A stretch of 64,000 nt of DNA from Octopus vulgaris (taxonomy: Eukaryota), in the NCBI GenBank assembly GCA_951406725.2, contig OX597826.1:37944001-38008000 (forward strand). The letters are read 5' to 3'. This document shows, in pieces, positions 43,682-57,930 of this stretch. Every line of letters starts with the position of its first letter. Position 1 is the first letter of the stretch. The translations under genes were made by a program, and so were the position numbers. The notes under the pieces are model-generated. The model saw nothing but the letters and a program-made list of their open reading frames with translations, did not search any database and was not told where the DNA came from.

Positions 43682-45135
43682 ATTAGTTTCAGCTCAAAGC
43701 CGTAGCTATGCGCTACGCTGTTATTATTGAGAGCCTCCTCTACTATGTGGCATTTGGTGAATAAGGGAGTTTGATGTCGCAACCCTCATTTGCACCTCTT
43801 GCCGCGAGGTAGGTTCATCTGGGACTTTCGACAGAAAGAGATCCAGTTTTGATTTGAAAACACCTACATCCACTTTGTGTAGGTCCCTCAGGCTCTTTGG
43901 GTGAATATTAAAAAGCTGTGAGTCCCTGAAACACAGGTTGTTGCAATAACTGGTCCTGAAGCGCGATGGCATTGCTGGGATCTTTGGCACTCTGCAGTAT
44001 CGACCAGTTCTGGCATTGGTGTAGCTTTCAATGTCAACATTTGGCACAATCCCTTCCAGAATTTTTCAGATGCATATTACTGCATATCTCTCCCACCTTC
44101 ACTCCAGGGAGTACATTCTTAGCTGTTTCAGCCTTTTCCAGTAGCTGAGCTGTTGCAATGAGATGAAGCTTTGCTGGATTGCGTCAAGGTCCGCTGTTAA
44201 TTTTACACTGTTGTGGGGTAACCATACCTGGGAGCAATAATCCTGGCGACTGAGGACCATCATGAATTCCTTTTCTCTAATTTTGAACGTTCTCAGGATC
44301 CAGCCAGCCAGTCGTCTGCACTTTGTCGCCATCCTGGCAATGTGCACTTGGAAAAAGGTCATCATCACTCATATCGATACCCAGGTCCCGCACTGATTTA
44401 GGCTCTGGGATTGCAATCCCCTGTGGGCCAGTGTACCCTGTAAATTTTATATTTAGTGTTGGGCGCTGGTAGCGCAGAGCTTGGAATTTTCCAGCATGAA
44501 ACTGCAAATTATTGACCTCAGACCAACTGTAAATAGAGTCCAACTCTTGTTGCAAGTGTGCAACGTCGCTGCGGTTCTGTATATTCTGCGAGACTTTCGT
44601 ATCGACTTCGTAGCTAGCAATGGAGGCTATCCTGGTAGCTGAAGGCATATCTGCGAGGGCCGCTATGAAAAGCAGTGGTCCCAAGACAATGCCTTATGGA
44701 ACACCACTCACTATTTGTATTTTCTTTGGGGTGGCTCCGTTAGCCACTACTTTCAGAAAGTCATGTAACCATTCTCCAAGTTTTCCAGTTATGCCGAGAT
44801 CACGCAATTTGTGGCATATCATACCATGATCCACATTATCAAGTGCTTTTGCAAAGACAAGGTATATTTCGTCCACATTTAAGTTGTCGAGTAACTACCT
44901 CAACACCCAATGATGGTGCTGTAAGAGCTGGGTTAGGCAGATCCTACCTGGTCGAAAACCGTGGCAGGTATCACTCAGCAAGTCGTTTTCTTCAAGGAAT
45001 GCGATTAGTTTCCATCTGACTATCCGTTCAGTGACTTTTCTCATGTATGAAGCTAGCATTTGCTCTGGAAGAGAGTCTGTAGTGGTTTCGCCAGAGCACG
45101 CTCATATGATTTGAGGAGAATTGCTGGGAAAATAT
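43682..45135 (-). mobile_element. 5'-truncated, decayed CR1-like LINE (RT domain to 3' UTR)
   Basis: Fragmented RT reads IYLVFAKALDNVDHG, SGVP*GIVLGPLLF, SYEVDTK (degenerate YADD), RDLGI, DYCSQVW, SYWKRLKQLRMYSLE and FKSKLDLFLSKVPDEP. Frameshifts and stops are present, and both flanks are (TA)n. Confidence 0.93.
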
Positions 45136-45160
45136 CATATTTATATATGCACATAAATAC

Positions 45161-45208
<48 letters not shown>

Positions 45209-45600
45209 AAATGCATATATATATATATATATACATGCATTTATACATATACGTGCATACGTGCATACACATAGACATACAAACATGCAGCATGTATACA
45301 TATGTATATACCTACATATATAACAAAATATAACAAAAGAGTGGGTGTATTTCCACACAGGAATGATATAGGTAAATTTGTTGTTGAAAGTGCACCTAAA
45401 TTTGAAAATCTTGTAATTCTTTTTAAATAAACATATTTACATATATACCAAACTAGTTTCAACAATATTTTTCGTTTATCAATTGTGAAAATTTAGAATT
45501 ATGACTCAGAAAATCATGTTTAAAAGTTTCAATGTTGACAAGCTTAAATGTTCATAACAGTCAATAATATAAAAACAGTTCCTAACAGGAAGATTACAAA

Positions 45601-45760
45601 TACAGTTCTAATATTTAAGGGATGGGGAATTATGTACATTATTTACATTTGACGGATATTTGTCCTCATCTTGTTTGTTGATAACACGGACATATGGTGT
45701 AGTGGTTAAGAGCGCGAGCTACTAACCCTTAGATTCCGAGTTCGATTCCTGGCAGTGATG

Positions 45761-45836
<76 letters not shown>

Positions 45837-45922
45837 CAACAACAACAACAACAACACTTCAACAACATCGAAAAATACCTTAGGAATGGGAACCTAGGCT
45901 CGAAATTTCTCCAAGATGCCTG
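45601..45922 (+). mobile_element. tRNA-derived SINE with internal (AAT)n(AAC)n, preceded by an inverted tail-like segment
   Basis: A-box TGGTGTAGTGG at 45695 and B-box GTTCGATTCC at 45740, then a microsatellite and unique 3' sequence. 45601-45687 abuts the head. Confidence 0.75.
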
Positions 45923-46840
45923 TATATGCATACGTAGTGATATATTCATACACACACACACACAGAAGTATGGGAACATGCATACATTTATGCACATACA
46001 TATGTATATATATTAGATACAGACACACTTACTGCATACATACATGCATACATACATGCATACATACATACATACATACATACATACATACATACATACA
46101 TACATACTGATGTCGTAGATAGCTATAGCATTCACAGCCTAAATTTACAAGCCTACATATGAACAAAGAATCGCTGTCTATTTTCACGACACTTAGTCTA
46201 AAGTAAAGAATCAAAAAGTATTTGGTAAAATATGTGTGCTGGAACCGATGAAAGGCAGGAGGTGGGGAAACAATAAATTGGACAAAAGATGGAAGAAATC
46301 CCATTTAAAATTCCACCTATTAGCAGCAAGAATCTACACGGAAACTCTTTTAGCATATTTTTGTTTTGATCATAAACGTTTTTCGTCGAATTCTACAACT
46401 ATTATATTCTTATCTTGCCAACTTCATTATTCAGGATATTTTATAAAAACCTTCAAATTTCTTAATTTATTTGTTTCTTTTTCTTTTCCGTGTGAGTCTT
46501 ATTTCTTTTTTTTTTTTTTTTTGGTTTGTTTTGATGGGAGGAAGAATTTATGCAGCAAATCTCTTGGAATTATTCTTTACCTGTATATATTTATATATTT
46601 ATTTAGTTTTACACTGTGTGTATGTGTGTGTGTGTGTATGTGTGTGTAAACTACTGTCTGTTTATATATACACATGTAGAAATGTTTATATATTTATGTA
46701 CATCTGCAGAAGTTTCCAGCCTAATAATGCAAATTTTACACCAAGTATTTTTCTTTTTTAATTATGCTTCTACCGAGGATAAAACACAAATAAAATTGAC
46801 ACTGTATACATACGCGCGCGCGTATGTATACAGTATGTAT

Positions 46841-46996
<156 letters not shown>

Positions 46997-47349
46997 GTAT
47001 TGTTTATTTCATTATAAGAGTGATTCTTTACAGTTGGCCATATATTTCGCTTTTTATTAGCTTTGCAGAAGAATTAGGAATTTGCTTCACTTTATTGGAA
47101 TTTAAAGCAAGAAATGGATGACCTCTGAACACAAATAGATTTTCTATTTATAGAGAAGACGCGGTTATTCTATATTGAGTTGGAACGAAAAGTTGTTCGG
47201 GTTCAACGATAGAAGGATCGTGGTTAGAATGATAAGTATGGTCTCCAACCGATCTTCAAGAAAGAATGATAATTCTGAAGAGAAATCATTAAAGTAAGGA
47301 ATTTTGCTACTTAGGGAACTATAAAACAGTAGATGAAAGCGAGTGGGGA

Positions 47350-47514
47350 CTAAGGCGGTAAAATAGTTAAGGAATCTTAATAGTTCCCAATGACATAGTT
47401 CCTGGTTCAGTCCCACTGTGTGGCACCTTGTGAAAGTGTCTTCTACTATAACCTCAGGCCGACCAAAGCCTTGCGAGTGGATTTGATAGACAGAAACTGA
47501 AAGAAGCTTATCGT

Positions 47515-47563
<49 letters not shown>

Positions 47564-47815
47564 TGTGTGCGTATGTGTGTGTATCTATGTGTGTGTTTTG
47601 TGTCTATCTTTGTCCCCCACCACCGCTTGGAAACCGACTGTTGGTGTGTTTACGTCCCCGCCACTTAGCGTTCGGCAACGAAGTGACCAATAGAACAAGA
47701 AATAAGCTTGAAAATATATCCTAGGTTCGGTTTATTCGACTAAAAAAAAAAAACTTCAAGGTGGTGCTCCAGCATGACTGCATTCAAGTGACTGAAACAA
47801 GTAAAATATAAAAGA
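47350..47815 (+). mobile_element. Full-length SINE family B with internal (TG)n
   Basis: GGTTCAGTCCCACTGTGTGGCACCTTG...CCGACCAAAGCCTTG...GGTGGTGCTCCAGCATGACTGC..TGACTGAAACAAGTAAAA is colinear with 58228-58620. Confidence 0.88.
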
Positions 47816-48096
47816 CAAGTGGCACGTAAACGTGTAAAAAGCCGCAACAATTGAATTTTACCTGTAAAAACTAAAAGGTAAAATCTAGAATTTAAAACGA
47901 AGATTGCGTTCATTATGTAGTCGAGATTTTAAGATTATCCTAAACTAACGAGGAAGTCCACATCACAATAAATATCAATTGTATGGAGATGTGTGGCATG
48001 GTGGGTCTTTGGTATTGGGCCCCAAGTCATATTTACTGACAAATCATTTCAGAACTCTCAAACACGAAGAAACGTAGATTTATTCAGGTGACCTCT

Positions 48097-48265
48097 TATC
48101 TATTCTTTTACTTGTTTCAGCCTTTGTCCATGCTGGAGCACCGCCTTGAAAAATGTTGTTCTTATTTATATTCCAGGTATTTATTTCATCGGTTTGTTTT
48201 GCCGCACCACAGGGGCATAAACACACAAACAGCGGTTGTCACGCAGTACCGGGGAGAAATACTCA
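48097..48265 (-). mobile_element. SINE family B 3' half
   Basis: TTTTACTTGTTTCAG...CCATGCTGGAGCACCGCC is the reverse complement of the family B tail. Confidence 0.7.
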
Positions 48266-48313
48266 CAAACACACATACACACACATGCATGCATATATAT
48301 ACATGTATATGTG

Positions 48314-48368
<55 letters not shown>

Positions 48369-48608
48369 GCATGCATATATTCATACATATACATGTATAT
48401 ATGTATATATCTAGTAACCAGTTGATCTAGCAAGCGGGGCCTCATTTCTATGAGGTGGCACCGACACGCAATGATAACGTTGAAAGGAAGGCACCGAAAC
48501 AGCGCTCATTGTTTCTTGATGACCCCATAAACTTGCTAGCATCCAGTATGTGGAGCTTTCAACTGGTAGCATTTGCAGCTGCATGCTGTTTGTAAACGAG
48601 AAATAAAC

Positions 48609-48639
<31 letters not shown>

Positions 48640-48727
48640 TATATGCATGTATGTATGTATGTATGTATGTATGTATGTATGTATGTATGTATGTATGTAT
48701 GTATGCATGTATGTATGAATGTATGTA

Positions 48728-48887
48728 TACGACGAGCTTCTTTCAGTTTCCGTCAAATCCACTCACAAGGCTTTGTTCGGTCCGAGACTATAGTAATAGG
48801 CACTCGCCGAAGGTGCCACGCAGGTGGACTGAACCTGGAACCATGTAGCTGTGAAACAAACTACTTACCGTGTAGCCATGTCTGCTC
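48728..48887 (-). mobile_element. SINE family B 5' half
   Basis: CGACGAGCTTCTTTCAGTTTCCGTCAAATCCACTCACAAGGCTTTG...GGTGCCACGCAG..GGACTGAACCTGGAACCATG. Confidence 0.85.
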
Positions 48888-49546
48888 CAATATTCAGCCA
48901 ATTATTTTTTTATTCAGACACCATTTTGTTTCCACAGTTGCTCATTCACTGATGTTGTTTTCTATACATTAAACATCGAATATTTTTGTAATTACACGTT
49001 CGTCTAAGACTATTAGTAGTGATTAACTTATTATCTTCTTACCTTTAATTTAACTTACTGCTAAATATTATTGCTTTATCTACTGATTATCCTTTGCCTT
49101 GATATTATAATTGTTTCTATTCCACATATTTTGATTCTTTATTTGTTTTCCTCATTACACCAAATTTCCTTCTGCGCCATCACCACCGATCTGCAGCTTC
49201 CTAAAGCCTGATTAGTCAAGTATTTTTTTTTTTAATTAAAGTTCTCTTCCTTCTCTCTAATCTTTATTCTTTTTATTCGCTCTTATTGTTCTTAAACCTC
49301 TCCTCTGCTCCGATCAAGCTGACATAAGATCAAACGAATTTCAGTCATAACCATCGTGTCTTGTTTATGTCTACAACTACATTTTAAAGAGGTGTAGTGT
49401 CAAAATCCTTAAGTAGAAAGCTAAATAATTGCTTTGTGATACTCAATCCGGTTCTCTGCATTCTGAGTTCAAATCTCCGTGAAGTCAACTTCAATTTTCA
49501 TCCTTCAGTGGTTGATAAATAAAATACCAGTTAATTATTAAAGTAG

Positions 49547-49592
<46 letters not shown>

Positions 49593-51159
49593 TCGCTCTC
49601 GCTCTCTCTCTCTCTCTCGTTTCTCCCTCCTTTATTTTATTTTTTGAGATGTTATGGTGTGATTTAAGGAAGATTTGGCTGCTATGTCTTGCATTTAAAA
49701 TGGCTTCATGGAGGGTCACTCAAGTGTTTGTAAAAGATAAGGTTGTTCTTGCTGATCTTGAGTTGTTACTGCTTAAGAAGGAAACTGTGACGAAAGATAA
49801 TGTTCCGTTCCCACCATATCTGTTTTGCAAAGGTTTATGCTGTTTCCCATGGACAACTTCTTTAAAGAGTCAGTGTTTATGAGACGGGGTATTACTAGTC
49901 CCTTGCTCAACTCTCTCCTTTATCCGGTCTTGGAATCGGTTAGTTTAGTCATTTGTATAACAATAACCAGTCCAGTTGGATGTTAGTGAACTCTGAAAGG
50001 GAGAGTAGGTCTGTAAATCGACCGCAGTATTTAACCGGTGTTTTATTTTATAGACCAAGAGAGGATTAAAGATAAAGTTATCAACATCGGGATTTGAACT
50101 CAAACATCAAAGAGCTAAAATAAATGAATTATAATGAATTCATCCGAGTTACATTTGTTTGCAGTCAAAAAAAACCGACTAACTCAACTCTATTTGTTTT
50201 TCAAAGAGTTAGAGACAGAGTTGTCGTAATGAAGAATACAGTATTTCTTGGAATATTAGACAAATATCTTCTAATGCCAACATCTAAAGTAAGCGAAGAA
50301 TTGTCCAAGTGTTCATGGAATTGTTATGGAAAACAAAAGATATTTTTTTAGCATAAAATCTATCATTGTTTTTGTTCAAATTCTTTTTTTTTTTCTGATT
50401 TAATAAAATCAGGAAAATAATATAAAATGAAATTGTTCAAATAGAGACATTCACGGATTCTTTTGTGTCATGAAATAACTGTTATTGAAGGCTAAAATAA
50501 ATGAACAAATTCAAAAATTAACAACAGTCACAACAACAATATGAAATTATTATTTAAAAAAAGAAAAAAAAGCAATTAAACAGATAAATGATATTTTAAA
50601 AAGCATAAACAATACAAATAATCGGTAAGTCAGATGGAGGGAAGAATCAAAGTTGATGTGAACAGAATAAAACGATGTACTTGAGATAAAACCATCTTCC
50701 CCCCCACCAACCGTCGTTTATTGTTCGTTGTTGGCAGATAATTATAATCCAATTGAAAATATTTATTAAAAGATAACAAAAGTTCAAACCGACGTTTATA
50801 TTGTTATATATAGATCTAGCTTTTGTATGTGTGCGCATGAAAATGATATCACGTCGTTGTCATGCTGCTGTTGTTGCTGTTGTTGTTGTTGTTGTTGTTG
50901 TTGTTAGTGGTGGTGGTGGTGGTGGTGGTGGTGGTGGTGGTGCATGTGGTGGTGGTGCATGTGGTGGTGGTGCATGTGGTGGTGGTGCATGTGGTGATGA
51001 TGATGTCTTACTGAGTTGATGGCACAGAAATATAAATTGGATTAATTTCGTTTAGTTATCAATTTGTCAGCGGATTGCATGATGTTATTAAAGATGAGAT
51101 GATGTCAAGGCAGGCCCCATGGACTTAAAAGGCAAACGCATTCAGTGAAATTACATCGA

Positions 51160-51509
51160 TCTCCACCACCACCACCAACAACAACACCACTACCAACACC
51201 GATACCACAACCATCGTATATCGTCGTCATCGTCATCAGCTTCGTAATCATTAAGTTCATAACTATCATCCCCATAATCATCAACACGAGTGTAACCACA
51301 ATCACCAAGAACAACACAGATATCATCATCATTATCATCATCATCATCAGCGTTGTTGTTATCATCATCATCATCCTCATCATCATCATCTCTATAGCAA
51401 ACACCATCATCATCATTTCATAACTACCGTCCCTATAACAACCACCACCACTACCAACATCGGGAGCAGCAATAATAGCAGCAGTAGTAGAAGTAGCATC
51501 ATTTTCATT

Positions 51510-51549
<40 letters not shown>

Positions 51550-51992
51550 CCATCCTCTTCATAACTGTCATTATTTCAATCATCCCATTACAACCATTCT
51601 CAATCACCATCGTCATCACCACCATCATCAACATTATCACCATCATCATCACCATCATCATCATCATCACCATCGTCATCATCCTCATCGTTATAACTAT
51701 AATCATTACTATCACCACCCCAATTACCAACACCACTTCCGATACTGTTGGCACCCCCATCATCATCGCTTCTACCTGCACCACCCCCATCACTGTCTCA
51801 GTCACTACCACGACCATTATCACCACTATCATCGTAATCACAACTACCGTCATCTTCATCACCAACAATATCAATACCACCAACAACAAAAAACATCACC
51901 GCCACCACCACCGCCACCGCCACCACCATCGCCACCACCACCACCACCCCCACAACCGCCGCCACCGCCACCACCACCGCTACCACTATCAT
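51160..51992. repeat. Low-complexity (ATC/ACC)n tract
   Basis: Degenerate trinucleotide repeats. Confidence 0.9.
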
Positions 51993-52029
51993 CTTGTATA
52001 GACACTTGCACCCATGTATATACATCTCC

Positions 52030-52290
52030 GAGTTCGGCTCGATTGCAGTCTTGAGCACCAGGGTTCAAATCCCTTGCGAGCAGCAGAGAAGGTCGTGGGT
52101 CACTGTCATTACTCCGAGTCCACCCAACTCTTGTTTCAAATTGGGTACAGGAAAATTGTGTGGAGGCCTTTCTTACAGGATGTACCAGTAATTTAAAAGG
52201 TCCACCCTCTCATACATCGGGTTGTGCGCATTTTGCCAGAAATTATACATATCTGCGGAATACTCGGCCACCTACTCACTGATTCAGTGA
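52030..52290 (+). mobile_element. Probable tRNA-derived SINE (separate family)
   Basis: B-box GGTTCAAATCC at about 52061, followed by a GTCCACCCAACTC...AATTGGGTAC central-domain-like motif. Confidence 0.45.
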
Positions 52291-52625
52291 ATAGATTGTT
52301 TAGAAACTGAATATTTGCCGTCGAAACCGACGGAGAACCATTTACGCTTTTTAATCTACGTGTGTATGTGTATGTGTGAGAAGATATATGCGTTTGTGAG
52401 CGGGTGTCGTGTATATGTGTGTCTACGTATGAGTGTGTGTGTGTGGAAACATACATTCATACGTATATGCTGGTATGTATGTATGAACATATGTATGCAT
52501 GTATGTATGTACGTATGTATGAAGGTATGCATGCGTGTACGTACGTATGGTGAAATATACCTCACTCAGTGTAATGATAATGTATCCTCTTATGATAAAC
52601 ATGAGCATCTTGGTATCAGGAGTGA

Positions 52626-52664
<39 letters not shown>

Positions 52665-52891
52665 TACATACATACGTACATACATATATATGTGTGCGTG
52701 TGTGTGTATACATATATACATACACATACATATGTATATAATACGTATATATGAATACATATATATATCTACATGTATGCATGTGTGTTTGTACTATATG
52801 CGTGTTTGTGTGTATGTGTTCATATGTATATGACTGTGTATGGGTACGTGTATGTGTATGTAATTGAAAGTGTGTGTCTCTGTGTGTGTGT

Positions 52892-52983
<92 letters not shown>

Positions 52984-53046
52984 CTACGTACCGTTTCTGA
53001 ATGCTAATTTATTGAATGAATTCAAAATTTGAGAAACAAAACCGAC

Positions 53047-53091
<45 letters not shown>

Positions 53092-53619
53092 AAAAAGAAA
53101 GACTCTATGATATTTTCTGGAAACGGTAAATGGTAAACGGTAAATGGAAGTTATTTTGTGTTTGTTAAAGTTTGTTTTCGTTAGCCCGGCATACATTATT
53201 AAACTTGCTTTCATTCTGTTTCGCTGGGATTAAAACTTCCAAAGCATATAATTATAATTGCTGCCGTCTCTTATAGAACTCCTTTCCGCCATTCTACCAT
53301 TCCACCAAACCAGGAGTCGTTGTAATTTCTTCTTTTCGCTGTCACAAGGGAAATATACCAAATATACGACTTAATGAATTCTTAAATGTCAGTGAGAAGT
53401 TCCTACATTTGCGAATCTAAAGCAATTTCCAAATATAATGGTGAGTTCGAACCGAAGGTCACATTCTACTTCCACAGAAATAGCTTTCGTTATTTACTCA
53501 CACATTTATTCAAGTCTTCTGTTCAACCATTTTTGATATTCCTCTTTTAATGATGCCGGAATCTATTCAAAATGGAGCCGAACAAATCACTTATATACAT
53601 ACATATGTGTGTGGGGGGA

Positions 53620-53652
<33 letters not shown>

Positions 53653-53905
53653 TCATACATATCATCGATTGTACATACAGATACATAGATATATACGTAT
53701 ATATGTGTGTATGTGTACATATATGTATGTGTGCATATAAATATATACACACACATACATATATATATATTTATATATGTGTGTGTGTATATATATTATA
53801 TATAAATATACACATGTATGTATGTGTATGTCCGTGCGCGCGTGTCAGTGTATATGCATGTATGTGTAGGCATATACAGAGATACATAGATATACGTGCT
53901 TATAC

Positions 53906-53961
<56 letters not shown>

Positions 53962-54700
53962 GTATGTATATATGTGTCAGTGAGTTGTTTTGTATGTATT
54001 TATGTGTGCGCACAGGTGTGTATGTGTTTGCGTGTGTGCGTGTGTGTGACTACTTGTGCAAGTGTGTACGTTGGTCTTGCCTATGTGTACCATTATTTCC
54101 CGATCCCATTCATATGAAATATCTAACATTTACTGAATGTAGACACCATGGACATGTGGTTTTAAGTTTTTCTAGAGGAAGACTGTATCATAGGTTCGAT
54201 ACTTAACCAAAGCACTTCTCTTCATTCATTTCTTCTATGTAGTATTTTCTGATCCACAAAAGGAATCTCTATCCGCACTCGATCGACCTGCTAGATAGAG
54301 CAGGTGTTTTCTCTCAACTTACAGCTTATTGTCTTTTAAGAAAAGAAATATTGGATATTTCTGGATTCTGTTCGCAAGACAAATGGTATGGCCATAGTTA
54401 GAACGTCTTTTGTCATAAATCTTCTCTGTTCAGAGTATACTTAGTGCTCAACAACCTTTCCTCTCTCTCTTTTTCTCTCTCTCTCCCTCTCTCTCTCCCT
54501 CTCTCTCCCTCTATCTCTCTATCTATCTATCTATCTATCTCTTTCTCTCCCTTTCTATCTCTCTCTTTCTCTCTCTCTCTCTTTCTCTCTTTCTTTCTCT
54601 CTTTCTTTCTCTCTCTCTCCCTCATTCTCTCTCCTTCTCTCTCTCTTTCTGTCCCCTTACTCTCATCTCTCACTTTTGGCTTCTTCCATGTTAACTGCCG

Positions 54701-54741
<41 letters not shown>

Positions 54742-55581
54742 CATGCGCGGACACACACATACGCGCTCGCATATATAAATATATACATATATATATTTAC
54801 ATAAATGCATAGAGAGAGTGTGAGTGAGAGAGAGAGAGAAATATGTACACTTGTTTAGAAGCACCTACACTTAAAGAGGACCTCGGGAAATCGCACTCAT
54901 TTTCTTTTCCCAACCACAACCAAATATCTTTAAACTTTTTATGCTGCCAAATTGTTAAACCAGACCAATGTCTTTATTCTATGCTAATTCCATCATTTCA
55001 GACCATTGTCGTAGATGAAGATCTGTGATTATTTATTTTTATCCCTGTCAAAACTGAACTGGAATCCAAGCATTTTATTATTCAACACTGAAAAACAATC
55101 GACAAATTACATACCAGTCATATACTAGACTTGATTTTAGACATTAAACCTTCTTCAATCAAATTTGTGACTCTGTACCACTTTGAGAACTTACCATTTC
55201 CAAAATTTAACAAGTTTGAAAATTTAGTTATTATTTTAAATATCGAAATTAACAAGAAGTTTGAAATTTTGGCCATTATGTTAAATGTCCATGATGTAGA
55301 CGCAAGTTCTTGAATTAATGCTGATATATTGGCCCCTAGTTCTAGACTCATACTTCATTTTTGTCAATCCTGGATAAATTAAGGGACAGTTTACACAGAT
55401 AATAATAAAATTAGAATTAAAAAAAAAAAAGAACTAAATGCTGCAAAGCTGAAGACCTCTCTTCTGAAACTAAATAGTAGAGGAAAGACCAGAAATTTGT
55501 TCTGAGACGAATAATACAGTGAGAGGTGTAAATAAAAATGTTGCTTCTACTGAAGCAAAGTCAAATTATTTTTAATTGAAG

Positions 55582-55790
55582 GGCAGCGACCTGGCAGAAT
55601 CGGTCCCGCGCCGAGCAAAATGCTTAACGGCATTGCTCCGTTCTGAGTTCAATACTTAACGTCCGTTGCTCCGTTCTGAGTTCAAATTCCACCGGGCTCG
55701 ACTTTGCTTTTCATTCTTTCAGGTTCGATAAAATAAACACCAGTCTAGCCCCGAAGCCTCCTGGCCTTGTGCCAAAAGTTGAAACCAATA
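55582..55790 (+). mobile_element. SINE family A with an internal duplication
   Basis: Family A head and core; TTGCTCCGTTCTGAGTTCAA occurs twice. Confidence 0.85.
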
Positions 55791-56667
55791 TTTTAACTGA
55801 ACTATGTTTATTTTTAGCTAATGAGATAATATAGTTTATTATGTGTGTAATTAGGGCCTCTAATACTGGCTTAACCTGTTAACCCAATTGTTATTTATCA
55901 TGGAAGATCATTTAGCTTGGCCATTAATCTTATAACCTAAGAAACGCTGCCTTAACTTCTTAATCGTGGTCTGTTGTCCAATGAGTAACATTTAGAAGAC
56001 TTTAAAACATCATTAAGCATTTATTGCGAATAAGTAATTCTAAATAGAATTAACATTTCCCTTTCCAGGACATGACATGCAATTCAGCAATAATGTATTT
56101 GTTTGGTTCATATTTTGGCAGAGGTGAACCACTTTCTCACCCCTGAAAGACTTGCAGAAAACTCTCAGAACAGTGATGATTAATAATTCGGTGTTATGAT
56201 TTTATTTATGAGTTCAATGCCGGTAACACGATATAAATTGTTCATTTTTGTGTTATTATTTTAGAATATGATTTCTTCATTAGATAACATCAGCATATAC
56301 ATCATGTATATTAAGATATTATATTTCAAGATACATGGTTTGCAAAATACAAAACATTAAAAATGTCTTATCTAAATGACTTAAAGAAACTACATCAGCT
56401 AAAATAAGTTAAAGTGTCTTATATCGGAGCAGCACCTCAAGTGTGACGGACGGCTAAAGCGAATGGAATCCAACTCAGTAAATGACTGGTATGTTATCTT
56501 ATCGAACCCGAAGCAATGAAGGTACAGTCAGCCTCGACGAGTTTTGAACCCAGAACACAAAGCTAAATATTGCATGCCATTTAGTCCGCCGCACTCTTTT
56601 CCCATCTTCTTCTCTTCTCTATTTCTCTCTTTCTCTTTTTCTCTGTATATATATATGTGTGTGTGTG

Positions 56668-56736
<69 letters not shown>

Positions 56737-56756
56737 TGTGTGTGTGTGTGTGTGTG

Positions 56757-57074
<318 letters not shown>

Positions 57075-57144
57075 GCGCATTCACACAAGAGTGAGTGAAC
57101 AGACAAAAGAAAGGGCACTCAATACATCTATTGGGAGTTAAATG

Positions 57145-57307
57145 TATTATTCAAAACAGATTGATTCGGATTTCGTGCTACTTCAAGTTTCGAAGCCCCT
57201 ATCGGAGCCTGTCTCCTTGGAATCACCAGTTTGGGGAGTCAGGTTCCGTTAGGGGTCTGCGAAACTTGAAGTAGCACGAAATCCGAATCAGACTATTTTG
57301 AATAATA
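57145..57307. repeat. Long inverted repeat/hairpin (about 160 bp)
   Basis: Perfect 31-bp arms at 57162-57192 and 57260-57290, extendable with mismatches outward (TATTATTCAAAA/TTTTGAATAATA) and inward (CCCCTATCGGAGCCTGTCTCC/GGAGTCAGGTTCCGTTAGGGG). Confidence 0.95.
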
Positions 57308-57547
57308 ATAATAATAAGAAGAAGAAGAAGAAGAAGAAGAATATACGCATATATATATACGCACATATACATACACACATACAAACACACATACACGGAT
57401 ATATATATATATACATATATACTTATACACACATACATCTACATATATACACATCTACATATATACACATCCATACATAAGTATACATATATGCACATAC
57501 ATATATACACATACACACATACATATACTCACAACGCTCACATACAT

Positions 57548-57930
57548 GGAAGCACACCGTCGGTTACGACGACGAGGGTTCCGGTTGATCCGAATCAACG
57601 GAATAGCCTGCTCGTGAAATTAACGTGTAAGTGGCTGAGCACTCCACAGACACGTGTACCCTTAACGTAGTTCTCGGGGATATTCAGCGTGACACAGAGA
57701 GTGACAAGGCCGGCCCTTTGAAATACAGGTACAACAGAAACAGGAAGTAAGAGTGAGAGAAAGTTGTAGTGAAAGAGTACAGCAGGGATCACCACCATCC
57801 CCTGCCGGAGCCTCGTGGAGCTTTAGGTGTTTTCGCTCAATAAACACTCACAACGCCCGGTCTGGGAATCGAAACCGCGATCCTATGACCGCGAGTCCGC
57901 TGCCCTAACCACTGGGCCATTGCGCCTCCA
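57548..57930 (-). mobile_element. Well-preserved tRNA-derived SINE family C
   Basis: Minus-strand head TGGAGGCGCAATGGCCCAGTGGTTAGGGCAGCGGACTCGCGGTCATAGGATCGCGGTTTCGATTCCC (A and B boxes). The 3' body is shared with 9345-9525. Confidence 0.9.

Noticed and set aside
45688-45760. tRNA gene
   Set aside because: It has A and B boxes but no complete acceptor stem or terminator, and it continues into a SINE body. The same applies to 57860-57930.
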